Assembly: GCA_024279715.1 (NCBI GenBank)
Contig: JAJRRH010000072.1
Location: 14,572-78,571, forward strand
Direction of reading: 5' to 3'
Source: Bacteroidota bacterium
GTDB taxonomy: Bacteria; Bacteroidota; Bacteroidia; Flavobacteriales_D; JABDKJ01
Length of the DNA stretch: 64,000 bases
Below the pieces are notes generated by a model, which worked only from the letters and a program-made list of their open reading frames with translations, had not been told where the DNA came from and did no database searches. The position numbers and the translations under genes were made by a program. Positions within the stretch are counted from its first letter, which is position 1. Each line of letters begins with the position of its first letter. Positions 39,193-48,768 of the stretch are shown here, one piece after another.

Positions 39193-40134
39193 CTACTTTT
39201 CTTTTAAGATTAGATAGCATGTCCATGACCATTGATTTGAGATCGTACTTCGCATGCCAATCCCAGTCTTTTTAGCAACACTGTCATCAATACTATTAGG
39301 CCAGCTTGCAGCAATTATGTCTCGGAAATCAGGTTCATATTGGATTCTGAAATTTTCGATATGTTTTACAATTTCGTTAGCCAAATCTTTTGGAGAAAAA
39401 CTGATGCCAGCTAAATTATAACTGTCTCTAACCTTAATAGTGTCACTATCCGCTTCCATCAATTTTATTGTAGCACTAATGGCGTCTTCCATGTACATCA
39501 TCGGAAGCGAACGATCTTCAGAAAGATAACAATTGTACTGATTATTTCGAATTGCGTCATAAAAAATGGATACAGCATAGTCGGTAGTACCACCACCAGG
39601 TTGACTTTCATGCCCTATTAGACCTGGATAACGTAAACTGCGCACATCCACATCATATTTTTCATGGTAATACGCGCACCACTGCTCCCCAGATAACTTA
39701 CTTATTCCATAAACAGTATTAGGATTCTTCACACAATTTTGAGGGGTATTAAATTGTGGTGATAATGAACCAAAAACAGCAATGGAACTCGGCCAGAACA
39801 ATTTATCAATAAGCTGGTCCTTAGCAATTTCTAGTAGATTAAGCAAGCTTTGCATATTAAGATTCCATGCGAACAATGGGTTTTCTTCCCCCTTTGCGGA
39901 TAGAACAGCCGCTAGCAAATACACTTCCGTAATGTTTTGATCTATTATCAAATGCCTTAATGCAGAATCATCGAGAACATCAAGCGGAACAAAATATTCA
40001 TCTGAACTATAGATATCAGGACAACGTAAGTCAGATGCAATTACAGAAGTTTCTCCATGCTTCAATCTTAGGGAACGCACAAGTTCTATACCGATTTGTC
40101 CCGCAGCTCCAATTACTAATATCTTTGGTTTCAT
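39193..40134 (-). CDS. tdh: L-threonine 3-dehydrogenase, SDR/UDP-glucose-4-epimerase-like type; 3' end apparently frameshifted
   Basis: KILVIGAAGQIG Rossmann motif, YGISK catalytic block and IAASWPNSIDDS near the C-terminus. After the A5 run (plus-strand T-run 39270-39274) the conserved tail is encoded in another frame (see findings). Confidence 0.8.
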   Translation of the reverse strand: MKPKILVIGAAGQIGIELVRSLRLKHGETSVIASDLRCPDIYSSDEYFVPLDVLDDSALRHLIIDQNITEVYLLAAVLSAKGEENPLFAWNLNMQSLLNLLEIAKDQLIDKLFWPSSIAVFGSLSPQFNTPQNCVKNPNTVYGISKLSGEQWCAYYHEKYDVDVRSLRYPGLIGHESQPGGGTTDYAVSIFYDAIRNNQYNCYLSEDRSLPMMYMEDAISATIKLMEADSDTIKVRDSYNLAGISFSPKDLANEIVKHIENFRIQYEPDFRDIIAASWPNSIDDSVAKKTGIGMRSTISNQWSWTCYLILKEK

Positions 40135-40356
40135 ATGGTTGTAAAATAATGTATAACCTACTTTTGATACACAAACATAACTATTTTAATTAGAATTAAA
40201 CACCATGACTTAATAAGATTTTTTACATAAAAATGCAGGTATATAGACTAGATAGCGACATTTATTTTATGAAAACAAAAGGATATTAAGGATTCATTTT
40301 TGATAAAAAAACAGACCATTTACATGTATATTGAAATCCTAAAGCCATTTATTTAC

Positions 40357-40364
40357 TATCTTTG
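40357..40364 (+). promoter_or_regulatory. -7 promoter box TATCTTTG
   Basis: Exact TAnnTTTG match 24 nt upstream of the ATG at 40389. Confidence 0.4.
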
Positions 40365-40388
40365 AAGAATAAGTTAACTACATCACTA

Positions 40389-41312
40389 ATGGAAGAGAAC
40401 ACAAGGAATAATAAAAACACTAAGTTACTATATGCTTTGATTGCATTACTCGCCATCACAGTGGTGTATATGGGGTACAAGTTAAACTCTCAATCTACTC
40501 AGGTTTCAAGCTTGTTAGATGAGAATAACGTAATTACAACAGAAAGAAGTGAACTCGAACAAGGACTAGAAGAAATGCTTCAGCAATACGACACACTCAA
40601 TGTGGATAATGAAGAAATGAAAGCTGAAATCCTTCAGCAAAAGGCTGAAATTTCTGAACTGTTGGAGAGAGTAAAAAAATTGAAAAAGGATGATGGTTCA
40701 CTTAGGTGGGAGATAGACAAACTTAAGAAAGAAGCTGGAACATTGAGGGATATAATGAAAGGTTACTTAGTGACAATAGATTCGCTCAATACAATGAACA
40801 AGACATTAGTGGCTGAGGTTGATAATCTTGGAAATTCACTTTCTGAAGTCAATGAGGCCTATACAGGATTAAGCGAAACGGTAAAAGATCAAAATGAATT
40901 AATAAAGGCTGGATCCGTTCTTGTGGCAACAACCTTTAGTGCGGAAGCAATTCGGGTTAGAAATTCGGGCGCTCAGAAAGCCACTAACCGTGCTGCAAAA
41001 GCAGAAATGATTAAATCCTGTGTAAAATTAGGACAGAATAAAATCGCTAAAAAAGGACCAAAAACCCTTTACTTGAGAGTAATAAGTCCCGATGGAGTGG
41101 TTCTTGATGATAAAAACAATATGGGAAGTACGTTTAACTTCAATAATGTATCCGGGAAATATAGTGCAAAAAGACAATTTGACTATGACGGAACAAGTAA
41201 GGATATTTGTGTGTTTCATACAGTGATGAACACGCTTCCTGCAGGGCAATACATTGTAGAAATGTATGAGTCAGGTGTACTCATTGGTAAAACAACTTTT
41301 GATTTAAGGTAA
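40389..41312 (+). CDS. Membrane-anchored coiled-coil protein with C-terminal beta-rich domain, function unknown
   Basis: TM helix LLYALIALLAITVVYMGY, a ~130 aa heptad-rich E/K/L segment, then a beta-rich tail. Start taken at ATG 40389 (MEENTRN) rather than the upstream TTG at 40362, which overlaps the promoter box. Confidence 0.65.
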   Translation: MEENTRNNKNTKLLYALIALLAITVVYMGYKLNSQSTQVSSLLDENNVITTERSELEQGLEEMLQQYDTLNVDNEEMKAEILQQKAEISELLERVKKLKKDDGSLRWEIDKLKKEAGTLRDIMKGYLVTIDSLNTMNKTLVAEVDNLGNSLSEVNEAYTGLSETVKDQNELIKAGSVLVATTFSAEAIRVRNSGAQKATNRAAKAEMIKSCVKLGQNKIAKKGPKTLYLRVISPDGVVLDDKNNMGSTFNFNNVSGKYSAKRQFDYDGTSKDICVFHTVMNTLPAGQYIVEMYESGVLIGKTTFDLR

Positions 41313-41383
41313 ACCATCTATCTGAGTGTTTTATCAATAACTGTATTTCTCAAATAAATTGTATACTTTCGTGATTAATTGTT

Positions 41384-42385
41384 TTGAGAAAATCTGTAAT
41401 CATAGCATCATTAAATTGGGGATTGGGTCATGCGACCCGATGTATTCCAATAATTAATAAATACATTTCCGAAGGGTGGAATGTGATATTAGCCTCTGAT
41501 GGAGACTCATCTCTTCTCCTTAAAAATGAATTCCCTGGATTAAATCATCTTGAATTACCCACCTATGATATACAATACGCTAGAGGGAGTCTCATGGCAT
41601 TTACACTACTAAGACAATTACCAAAACTCAAAAAAATAATAGAAGAAGAACATAATTGGCTTCAAGACTATCTAGAAAATCATGAAATAGATTTAATAAT
41701 TTCTGACAATAGATTTGGATTTTATTCTGAAAAATGCCATTCTATCTTTATAACGCATCAAATATTCATTCAACTACCCGTTGGTCAAAAAGTTATTGCT
41801 AAGATTAATCATGCCTACATCAAAAAATTTGATGAAGTATGGGTGCCAGATTATGAAGGGAAGGATAATTTAAGTGGTAAGTTATCTCATGGAAATGTAC
41901 CTTTTGAAGTGAAATACATAGGGCCATTGTCTCGGCTCAAAAGACGTGAATTACCAATAAAACATCAAGTTACCGCCGTTTTGTCTGGCCCTGAACCTTC
42001 TCGTTCAAGACTAGAGAAATTGCTTACTACTGAATTGAAACATATCAAAAATTCTGTACTTATTCGCGGGATACAATCGTCAGATAATCAACGTAAAGAA
42101 GACGAGGTAATGGTAATAGATCATTTGCCACAAGAAGATTTAGAATTACTATTGAATCAATCACGTGTGATAATATGTCGATCCGGGTACAGCTCTATCA
42201 TGGATTTGGATAAACTCAACAAGGAAGCTATTCTTATACCTACGCCTGGTCAATCGGAGCAGGAGTATCTAGTCAAACATCTTAAGAAACGAGCCCAGTT
42301 TCATTTTATTAAAGAAGATAAGATCAGGATATCACTCAAAGAGATAATTTCAGAATTTGATTTTGGGGAATCAGTTGAAGTTTAA
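41384..42385 (+). CDS. Glycosyltransferase (GT-B fold, MurG/GT28-like)
   Basis: N-terminal LNWGLGHATRCIPIINK motif and a C-terminal RSGYSSIMDL...IPTPGQSEQ nucleotide-sugar-binding block. TTG start (no nearby ATG). Confidence 0.75.
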   Translation: MRKSVIIASLNWGLGHATRCIPIINKYISEGWNVILASDGDSSLLLKNEFPGLNHLELPTYDIQYARGSLMAFTLLRQLPKLKKIIEEEHNWLQDYLENHEIDLIISDNRFGFYSEKCHSIFITHQIFIQLPVGQKVIAKINHAYIKKFDEVWVPDYEGKDNLSGKLSHGNVPFEVKYIGPLSRLKRRELPIKHQVTAVLSGPEPSRSRLEKLLTTELKHIKNSVLIRGIQSSDNQRKEDEVMVIDHLPQEDLELLLNQSRVIICRSGYSSIMDLDKLNKEAILIPTPGQSEQEYLVKHLKKRAQFHFIKEDKIRISLKEIISEFDFGESVEV

Positions 42386-44472
42386 GAAATTTTACTCCAA
42401 TGATTCTTTTTATTCATGTCCCTAGCTATAGCTTTGGATATAGGCAAGTGCCTATCTTCTGATAAACTAGGGTCTTCTTTCATCACTTCCTGAGCCATTT
42501 CTCTAGCGAGATAGAGTATTTGACTGTCAGTAGAAAGATTGGCGATTTTGAATTCTAATATCCCACTTTGTCTAGTACCCATAATGTCACCTGGTCCTCG
42601 TAGTTTTAAATCTGCATCGGCAATCTCAAAACCATCATTTGTACGACACATGGTTTCTATTCTAGTTCTTGCATGCTCACTTAATTTAACACTTGACATT
42701 AGTATGCAATACGATTGGTCAGCACCTCTACCCACTCTGCCTCGCAGTTGATGAAGTTGCGAGAGACCAAACCTCTCCGTACTTTCTATAATCATCAGAC
42801 TAGCATTAGGGACATTAACACCTACTTCAATGACAGTAGTTGAAACCAATATCTGAGTTTCACCTTTTACAAATCGTTGCATCTCAAACTCTTTATCTTC
42901 GGATTTCATCCTGCCATGTAGGATGCTAACTTGGTATTTTGGTTTGGGAAAACTTCTTATTATACTCTCATAGCCATCCATAAGGTCTTTGTAGTCCAGA
43001 GTTTCAGACTCTTCAATTAATGGATATACGACATATACCTGTCTTCCTTTATTTATCTCATCTTTCATAAATTGAAATACACGAAGCCGAGAACTATCAT
43101 ACCTGTGGATAGTTTGTATTGCTTTTCTACCTGGTGGTAATTCATCGATTACTGAAATCTCAAGATCTCCATATAACGTCATGGCTAGGGTACGAGGTAT
43201 TGGGGTTGCCGTCATTACTAGAATATGGGGAGGTATCACATTTTTTTTCCACATTCTTGCCCTTTGCGCAACGCCAAAACGATGCTGTTCGTCTATTATG
43301 GACAATCCTAGATTATTGAATTTAACCTTGTCTTCCAGTAGGGCATGAGTACCTATCAGAATATGAATATCACCGTTCGCTAGCTTTTCAAACATGAGTT
43401 TGCGCTTCTTGGCAGGGGTAGATCCTGTGAGAATGTCAGTAACTATCGGCATTCCATCTATGATTTCAGTAATACCTTCAAAATGTTGATGTGCTAGTAT
43501 CTCAGTAGGTGCCATCAAGCAAGCTTGGTAACCATTATCCAAGGCTAATAGCATTGAGAGTAATGCGACAACAGTTTTCCCACTCCCTACGTCACCTTGC
43601 AAAAGCCGATTCATCTGATGACCATAGCCGAGGTCATGTCTTATCTCCCGTACGACACGTTTCTGCGCTCCAGTCAGTTTAAATGGCAAATGGTTTTTAT
43701 AGAAATCATTAAACATCTTCCCTACCTGATTAAATGGCATGCCTTTGTTTTTTTCCATTTTGGCAATTTTCAACTTTAAAAGTGTAAGTTGTAAAATGAA
43801 GAATTCATCAAATTTCAATCGAAATTTAGCTTGTGATAATCTGTCCAAATCACTAGGTTGGTGAATTTGGATAACCGCTTCATTCCTTCCCATCAATTTG
43901 TGTTTGTCAAGAATATATTGTGGTAGATACTCTTGAATATATTTGGACGCTTCTAGTAAAATTGACTTTATGACTTTTTCAATTCCTTTACTTGTAAATC
44001 CTTTTGCGGATAATTTTTCACCCGAGGGATATACCGGTTGTAAACCTCCTTTAATTGGCTCCTTATTAGGCTCCATTATCTGCATGTCTGGATGCACTAA
44101 AGAGTAAGTGCCTTTATATTTATTGGGTTTCCCAAATATTAGATAGTCTCTACCGATAATTAGATTCGAGCGCACATATTTTATTTTTTGAAACCATGTA
44201 AGCTTTAACCTACCACTTTCATCTTTGATGGTGGCTTCTAGGCGACTTCTTTTACCCATGGGTATTTCTCGAACATCTACAAGTTTAGCTTTAAGCTGAA
44301 TATATGTATCATCAGAATTAATATCTCGAATAAGATGAAACTTTGACCTGTCGATATACCTGAATGGATAGTGCGCAAGCATATCTCCGACCGTACGAAT
44401 TTCGAGCTCTTTCTTTAGTACTACGGCTCTACTAGGACCAATACCTTTTACATACTCTATTGGACTATCCAT
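42382..44472 (-). CDS. recG: ATP-dependent DNA helicase RecG
   Basis: Wedge domain plus SF2 helicase motifs GDVGSGKT, DEQHRFGV and QLRGRVGRG; 696 aa. Confidence 0.95.
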   Translation of the reverse strand: MDSPIEYVKGIGPSRAVVLKKELEIRTVGDMLAHYPFRYIDRSKFHLIRDINSDDTYIQLKAKLVDVREIPMGKRSRLEATIKDESGRLKLTWFQKIKYVRSNLIIGRDYLIFGKPNKYKGTYSLVHPDMQIMEPNKEPIKGGLQPVYPSGEKLSAKGFTSKGIEKVIKSILLEASKYIQEYLPQYILDKHKLMGRNEAVIQIHQPSDLDRLSQAKFRLKFDEFFILQLTLLKLKIAKMEKNKGMPFNQVGKMFNDFYKNHLPFKLTGAQKRVVREIRHDLGYGHQMNRLLQGDVGSGKTVVALLSMLLALDNGYQACLMAPTEILAHQHFEGITEIIDGMPIVTDILTGSTPAKKRKLMFEKLANGDIHILIGTHALLEDKVKFNNLGLSIIDEQHRFGVAQRARMWKKNVIPPHILVMTATPIPRTLAMTLYGDLEISVIDELPPGRKAIQTIHRYDSSRLRVFQFMKDEINKGRQVYVVYPLIEESETLDYKDLMDGYESIIRSFPKPKYQVSILHGRMKSEDKEFEMQRFVKGETQILVSTTVIEVGVNVPNASLMIIESTERFGLSQLHQLRGRVGRGADQSYCILMSSVKLSEHARTRIETMCRTNDGFEIADADLKLRGPGDIMGTRQSGILEFKIANLSTDSQILYLAREMAQEVMKEDPSLSEDRHLPISKAIARDMNKKNHWSKIS

Positions 44473-44520
44473 CTTCTAGCAAATATAAGCATTGTAGAAC
44501 AAAAAGTCAGTGGATGAGGT

Positions 44521-45786
44521 CTAGATAGACTCTTCTCCTAATAGCATAACCGGATTTTCTAAATATGATTTGAATGTGTTCAAAAACTTAGATCCAACAA
44601 CACCATCTACTACTCTATGATCACAAGATAGAGTAACTTTCATAACATTACCAGGCACCACATTTCCATCTCTTATAACGGGGGTTGATTGTATGCCTCC
44701 TATTGCTAATATACATGCATCAGGTGGATTAATTATTGCCGTAAACTCTTCAATACCAAACATTCCAAGATTGGAAATGGTAAAGGTATTACCTTCCCAA
44801 TCTTCAGGTTGTAATTTTTTATTTCTAGCCCGTGAAGCATAGTCTTTTACTTCAGCACCTATCTGCGTAAGTGTTTTGCCATCTGCAAATCGAACCACAG
44901 GAACTAGTAAGCCATCTTCAACGGCTACCGCTACGCCAATGTGAATATGTTCGTTGTAACGTATGGCATCTCCTAGCCATGCAGAGTTCACTGAAGGATG
45001 TTTTCTAAGTGATTTAGCCACTGCTTTAATCACCATATCATTGAATGACACCTTATCGGGTGTGATCGAATTATTTATGGCTTTACGTGCTTTAATTGCT
45101 TCATCCATTTCGATAGCAATCGTCAGATAGAAATGTGGTGCAGTAAATTTACTCTCTCCTAATCTACTTGCAATTACCTTTCTCATTTGAGATACAGGTT
45201 CATCTCTATATTGTTCGATACCTACAAAAGAACTCTTGCCACCTGAATAATTATCAATATCTCTTTTTATGATTCTGCCATTATCCCCTGTTCCTTGAAT
45301 TCTTTGAAGGTTAACGTTATTTTCTTTTGCAAGACGGCGAGCTAACGGTGAGGCTTTAACTTTTCCATTTCTCGTTGTTTTCGTCTTTTCCGCTTTATTA
45401 GAGTTTTGAACTGTTGGAAAAGCAGTAGTGGTTTTTGGAGCAGCAGCTATCTTCGGGGTAGTATTCACCTTATCTTCGACAGTTACTTTCTTTTCTACCT
45501 TAGGAGCTTTTGACGCTTCTTCTTTCAGAATTTTTGAAATATTCTCTCCCTTTTTCCCAAGAATTGCTAGTATAGCATCAACTTCGGCAGTTTCTCCTTT
45601 GTTCACTCCGATATGGAGAAGAACACCATCTTGAAATGATTCAAACTCCATGGTAGCTTTATCCGTTTCAATCTCGGCTAGAACTTCGCCAGATTCAACT
45701 TCATCCCCAATTTTTTTATGCCATTCTGCGACCACTCCTTCCGTCATGGTGTCACTTAGTTTGGGCATTCTTACTATTTCGGCCAT
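44521..45786 (-). CDS. Pyruvate dehydrogenase complex E2, dihydrolipoyllysine-residue acetyltransferase
   Basis: Lipoyl domain (EIETDKATMEF), subunit-binding domain (ASPLARRLAKENNVNL) and catalytic block SCDHRVVDG. Confidence 0.9.
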   Translation of the reverse strand: MAEIVRMPKLSDTMTEGVVAEWHKKIGDEVESGEVLAEIETDKATMEFESFQDGVLLHIGVNKGETAEVDAILAILGKKGENISKILKEEASKAPKVEKKVTVEDKVNTTPKIAAAPKTTTAFPTVQNSNKAEKTKTTRNGKVKASPLARRLAKENNVNLQRIQGTGDNGRIIKRDIDNYSGGKSSFVGIEQYRDEPVSQMRKVIASRLGESKFTAPHFYLTIAIEMDEAIKARKAINNSITPDKVSFNDMVIKAVAKSLRKHPSVNSAWLGDAIRYNEHIHIGVAVAVEDGLLVPVVRFADGKTLTQIGAEVKDYASRARNKKLQPEDWEGNTFTISNLGMFGIEEFTAIINPPDACILAIGGIQSTPVIRDGNVVPGNVMKVTLSCDHRVVDGVVGSKFLNTFKSYLENPVMLLGEESI

Positions 45787-45817
45787 AGTTTTAATTTTTT
45801 CGCTTAAAATTAATAAT

Positions 45818-46846
45818 TTATTTTACGTACGGATAATTCTTTTCTACGTACACATCATCATACAACTCACTAGGATCTGGTAGGGGAGAGTCTTCTGCAA
45901 ATTTCACTGCCTCTTCAATTTCGATCTTTATCTTATCCTGAATTTTCTTAATCTGCGCTTCGGATAGATATTTTTTTTCTTTTATCACATCCAATACATG
46001 CGACAAAGGATCTTGATCTTTATAGCTAGCTACCTCTTCTTTGGTTCTATACTTTTGCGGATCAGACATTGAGTGACCCTTAAATCGATAGGTTTTGATC
46101 TCCAAAAAATATGGTCCTTTTCCAGACCGACAATGATCTAGTGCTTTTCCTATGGCACGGCAAACAGTCTCAGGACTCATGCCATCCACTGGCTCTGATG
46201 GCATCTCATAGGATAAACCTAGTTTCCATAGTTCTTTGATATTTGAGGTTCTTTCTACTGAAGTACCCATCGCATAATGGTTGTTTTCTACAATGAAAAG
46301 TACTGGTAGTTTCCAGGTCATCGCCATGTTAAATGTCTCATGCAAGGCACCTTGTCTAGCAGCACCATCCCCAAAGAATGTGATGGTTACGCTATCATTT
46401 CCTTTGTATTTATCGGCAAAGGCTATTCCAGCCCCCATAGGTATCTGAGCACCTACGATTCCATGCCCTCCGAATAGATTATTCTTCACATCAAACATGT
46501 GCATCGAACCTCCTTTACCTTTGCTTAAACCTGTGGTTTTGCCATATAATTCAGCCATAACATATTTGGCAGGTGTTCCCAATATCAACGGATGTGCATG
46601 ATCCCTATAAGCAGTAATTACCCTGTCATTCTTAGTCATAGCACTTTTCATTCCTGAAAGTATTGCCTCTTGACCAATGTAGAGATGACAGAATCCGCCA
46701 AATTTCTGTTGAATATATAGTTGACCGCATTTCTCTTCAAACTTACGCATGAGATACATTTGTTCATACCATTCAATATAGTCTTTCTTACCAAAAGTAG
46801 TTAATGCTTTTTTTGACTTATTCGAAGTTGTTTTTGCTTTTGCCAT
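45818..46846 (-). CDS. pdhA: Pyruvate dehydrogenase (acetyl-transferring) E1 alpha subunit
   Basis: ThDP-binding block FFGDGAARQGALHETFNMA...VENNHYAMGT. Located immediately upstream of E2. Confidence 0.9.
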   Translation of the reverse strand: MAKAKTTSNKSKKALTTFGKKDYIEWYEQMYLMRKFEEKCGQLYIQQKFGGFCHLYIGQEAILSGMKSAMTKNDRVITAYRDHAHPLILGTPAKYVMAELYGKTTGLSKGKGGSMHMFDVKNNLFGGHGIVGAQIPMGAGIAFADKYKGNDSVTITFFGDGAARQGALHETFNMAMTWKLPVLFIVENNHYAMGTSVERTSNIKELWKLGLSYEMPSEPVDGMSPETVCRAIGKALDHCRSGKGPYFLEIKTYRFKGHSMSDPQKYRTKEEVASYKDQDPLSHVLDVIKEKKYLSEAQIKKIQDKIKIEIEEAVKFAEDSPLPDPSELYDDVYVEKNYPYVK

Positions 46847-46946
46847 CAGGTATATATTAAAGGCTAAAGTTAGATAGAAAAAATGACTATTGAAAAATTG
46901 ATTTTGAACTTAATCAACGCAATTCAAGTAATTGTAGATGGTTGAA

Positions 46947-47441
46947 TTACTGATTCTTGAGTTTGACTTCTTCAAATGAAAGTGGCAGTAAATTTTTTAC
47001 AGAGTTTATTACAAGCACTTTTTCTGATTGGTCGCTTCCCAGAATAATCTTAATATTCTGCCCCTGATTATTTTCGTATTCGAGTAATGCTTGCCGACAA
47101 GCACCACATGGTGTGATAGGTTGATTGATGGTGAATTTATCGCTCGACGCCGTAATGGCTATTTCTTTAATTCGAAGATCTGGAAATTGACTTTTGGCGT
47201 AAAATAGAGCAACTCTTTCTGCGCATAGACCACTTGGGTAAGCAACATTTTCTTGGTTATTACCAACTACAATGTTTCCATCTTCCAATCGTAGTGCTGC
47301 GCCAACATTAAATAGGGAGTAGGGAGCATACGCTTGTTTAGAAATTACTGAAGCACGTTCTACTAAATTATTATCGTCAGAAGATAGTTCCTCTCGACTA
47401 TCATATTCAAGATAGTTGAAGTGGTGTTCTATTCGTTTCAT
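46947..47441 (-). CDS. cdd: Cytidine deaminase
   Basis: Zinc-ligand motifs CAERVALF and PCGACRQ. Confidence 0.9.
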   Translation of the reverse strand: MKRIEHHFNYLEYDSREELSSDDNNLVERASVISKQAYAPYSLFNVGAALRLEDGNIVVGNNQENVAYPSGLCAERVALFYAKSQFPDLRIKEIAITASSDKFTINQPITPCGACRQALLEYENNQGQNIKIILGSDQSEKVLVINSVKNLLPLSFEEVKLKNQ

Positions 47442-47454
47442 GACTTAGAGTTAT

Positions 47455-48708
47455 TTACACGCCTTTTTGACCCTCTGTTGAACCACCACCTTTAAGCGCT
47501 TCAAAATTCAATCGAAGAGTAAACCTCAATGTATTGGCTAGCGGATTACGTTGTTGTGTTGGAATTAAGTAAGAGAAGTCAAAGGAAAAAACATTGTAGC
47601 GAACACCTGCTCCAACAGTGGCATACTTTCTACCTCCTTTGGTAGCATGTTCATAAAAATATCCTGCACGTAATGCAAATTGATCTTGATACCAGTACTC
47701 CATTCCTGAGCCAATATTTATTTCTCTCATCTCCTCTCTGAATATACTGCCAGATTCCACCTCAACATCTCCATTAGAAAGATACCTTACCACACCCGGA
47801 GCGTCGCCAAAGGATCCGAAAATACCACTTGCAACGCCAACATTCGGATTTCTACCTGAGATGACATTCGTCCCTGTTGAGTCATAAATAGGGGTGCTAG
47901 GAACCAATAATTTATTTGCTTCAACCGCAAAGGTGAGTTTATTATATTCATCCATGTGAAGTGTCAATGAAGAACCGAGTCTCATGTTGGTTGGAATGAA
48001 GTCTCTTTGTCCAGAAGAGGAATAATTAATCTTTGCACCAATATTACTTACATTTAAGCCAATTGCTAAAGTTGATTTATAGTCGGCAACCCTAATTTTA
48101 TCATTCATGTAGTAACTTGATACGTCTACAGCAAACGAATTCCCTGACTTCGCTTCCAGACCTTGGTTTGCAGATATCCCACCCGTAAGATTTGAATAGA
48201 TATAGCGCGCTGCCATACCACCAGATATCTTCTTAGATAACTGAATCGCATAACCAGCATCTAGAGCAAACTCCTTTGGCTCGTAATCTTGGATTAATGT
48301 TGCATTTTCATCACGAAATACAATATTGCCAAGCGTGAAATATCGCATAGAACCTGATATGGCTTGATTGTCACCAATCTTTTTATAGCCACTTAGGTAG
48401 GCTAAGTTCATATCATCCACAATTTTATTCAGCCAAGGTGAATATGAAAATGAAACCCCGGCATCACTTTCCGTAAAAGCTAATTTAGCCATATTCCAAT
48501 GAATAGAATTAGCATCCGGAGAGGTGGAGACACCTACGTCACCCATACCGCCTGCCCTAGTGTCAGGTGTGATTAGTAGGAATGGCACAGCCGTAGTGAT
48601 AGTATGTAGATCATTTTCATTTGACTGACCAATGATGTCTGGGCTTTGGGAGAAAGAATTCCCTACAAAAGCCATGATAAATAATAATACAAAAATTCTT
48701 TTTAACAT
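47455..48708 (-). CDS. porV: Type IX secretion system outer-membrane channel/shuttle protein PorV (LptO)
   Basis: Signature ITTAVPFLLITPDTRAGGMGDVGVS near the N-terminus, a beta-barrel pattern, and a position directly downstream of porU. ATG 48708 is preferred over TTG 48729. Confidence 0.9.
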   Translation of the reverse strand: MLKRIFVLLFIMAFVGNSFSQSPDIIGQSNENDLHTITTAVPFLLITPDTRAGGMGDVGVSTSPDANSIHWNMAKLAFTESDAGVSFSYSPWLNKIVDDMNLAYLSGYKKIGDNQAISGSMRYFTLGNIVFRDENATLIQDYEPKEFALDAGYAIQLSKKISGGMAARYIYSNLTGGISANQGLEAKSGNSFAVDVSSYYMNDKIRVADYKSTLAIGLNVSNIGAKINYSSSGQRDFIPTNMRLGSSLTLHMDEYNKLTFAVEANKLLVPSTPIYDSTGTNVISGRNPNVGVASGIFGSFGDAPGVVRYLSNGDVEVESGSIFREEMREINIGSGMEYWYQDQFALRAGYFYEHATKGGRKYATVGAGVRYNVFSFDFSYLIPTQQRNPLANTLRFTLRLNFEALKGGGSTEGQKGV

Positions 48709-48768
48709 GTCGTTATTTTTGAGTTGCAAATGTAATTATAAAATTGGTGGAAGTCTAGCAATATATGA

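Noticed and set aside
42382-42385. Convergent glycosyltransferase and recG genes overlap at their stop codons (TTTAA read on both strands). Very short convergent gaps also occur at 27490-27500 and 57014-57020.
   Set aside because: This reflects compact genome organisation and gives no evidence of a functional element.
44521-46846. PDH E1-alpha and E2 are adjacent but no E1-beta gene lies between or beside them
   Set aside because: As far as I recall, pdhB is encoded elsewhere in many Flavobacteriia, so this is normal lineage synteny rather than gene loss. It needs the whole genome to confirm.
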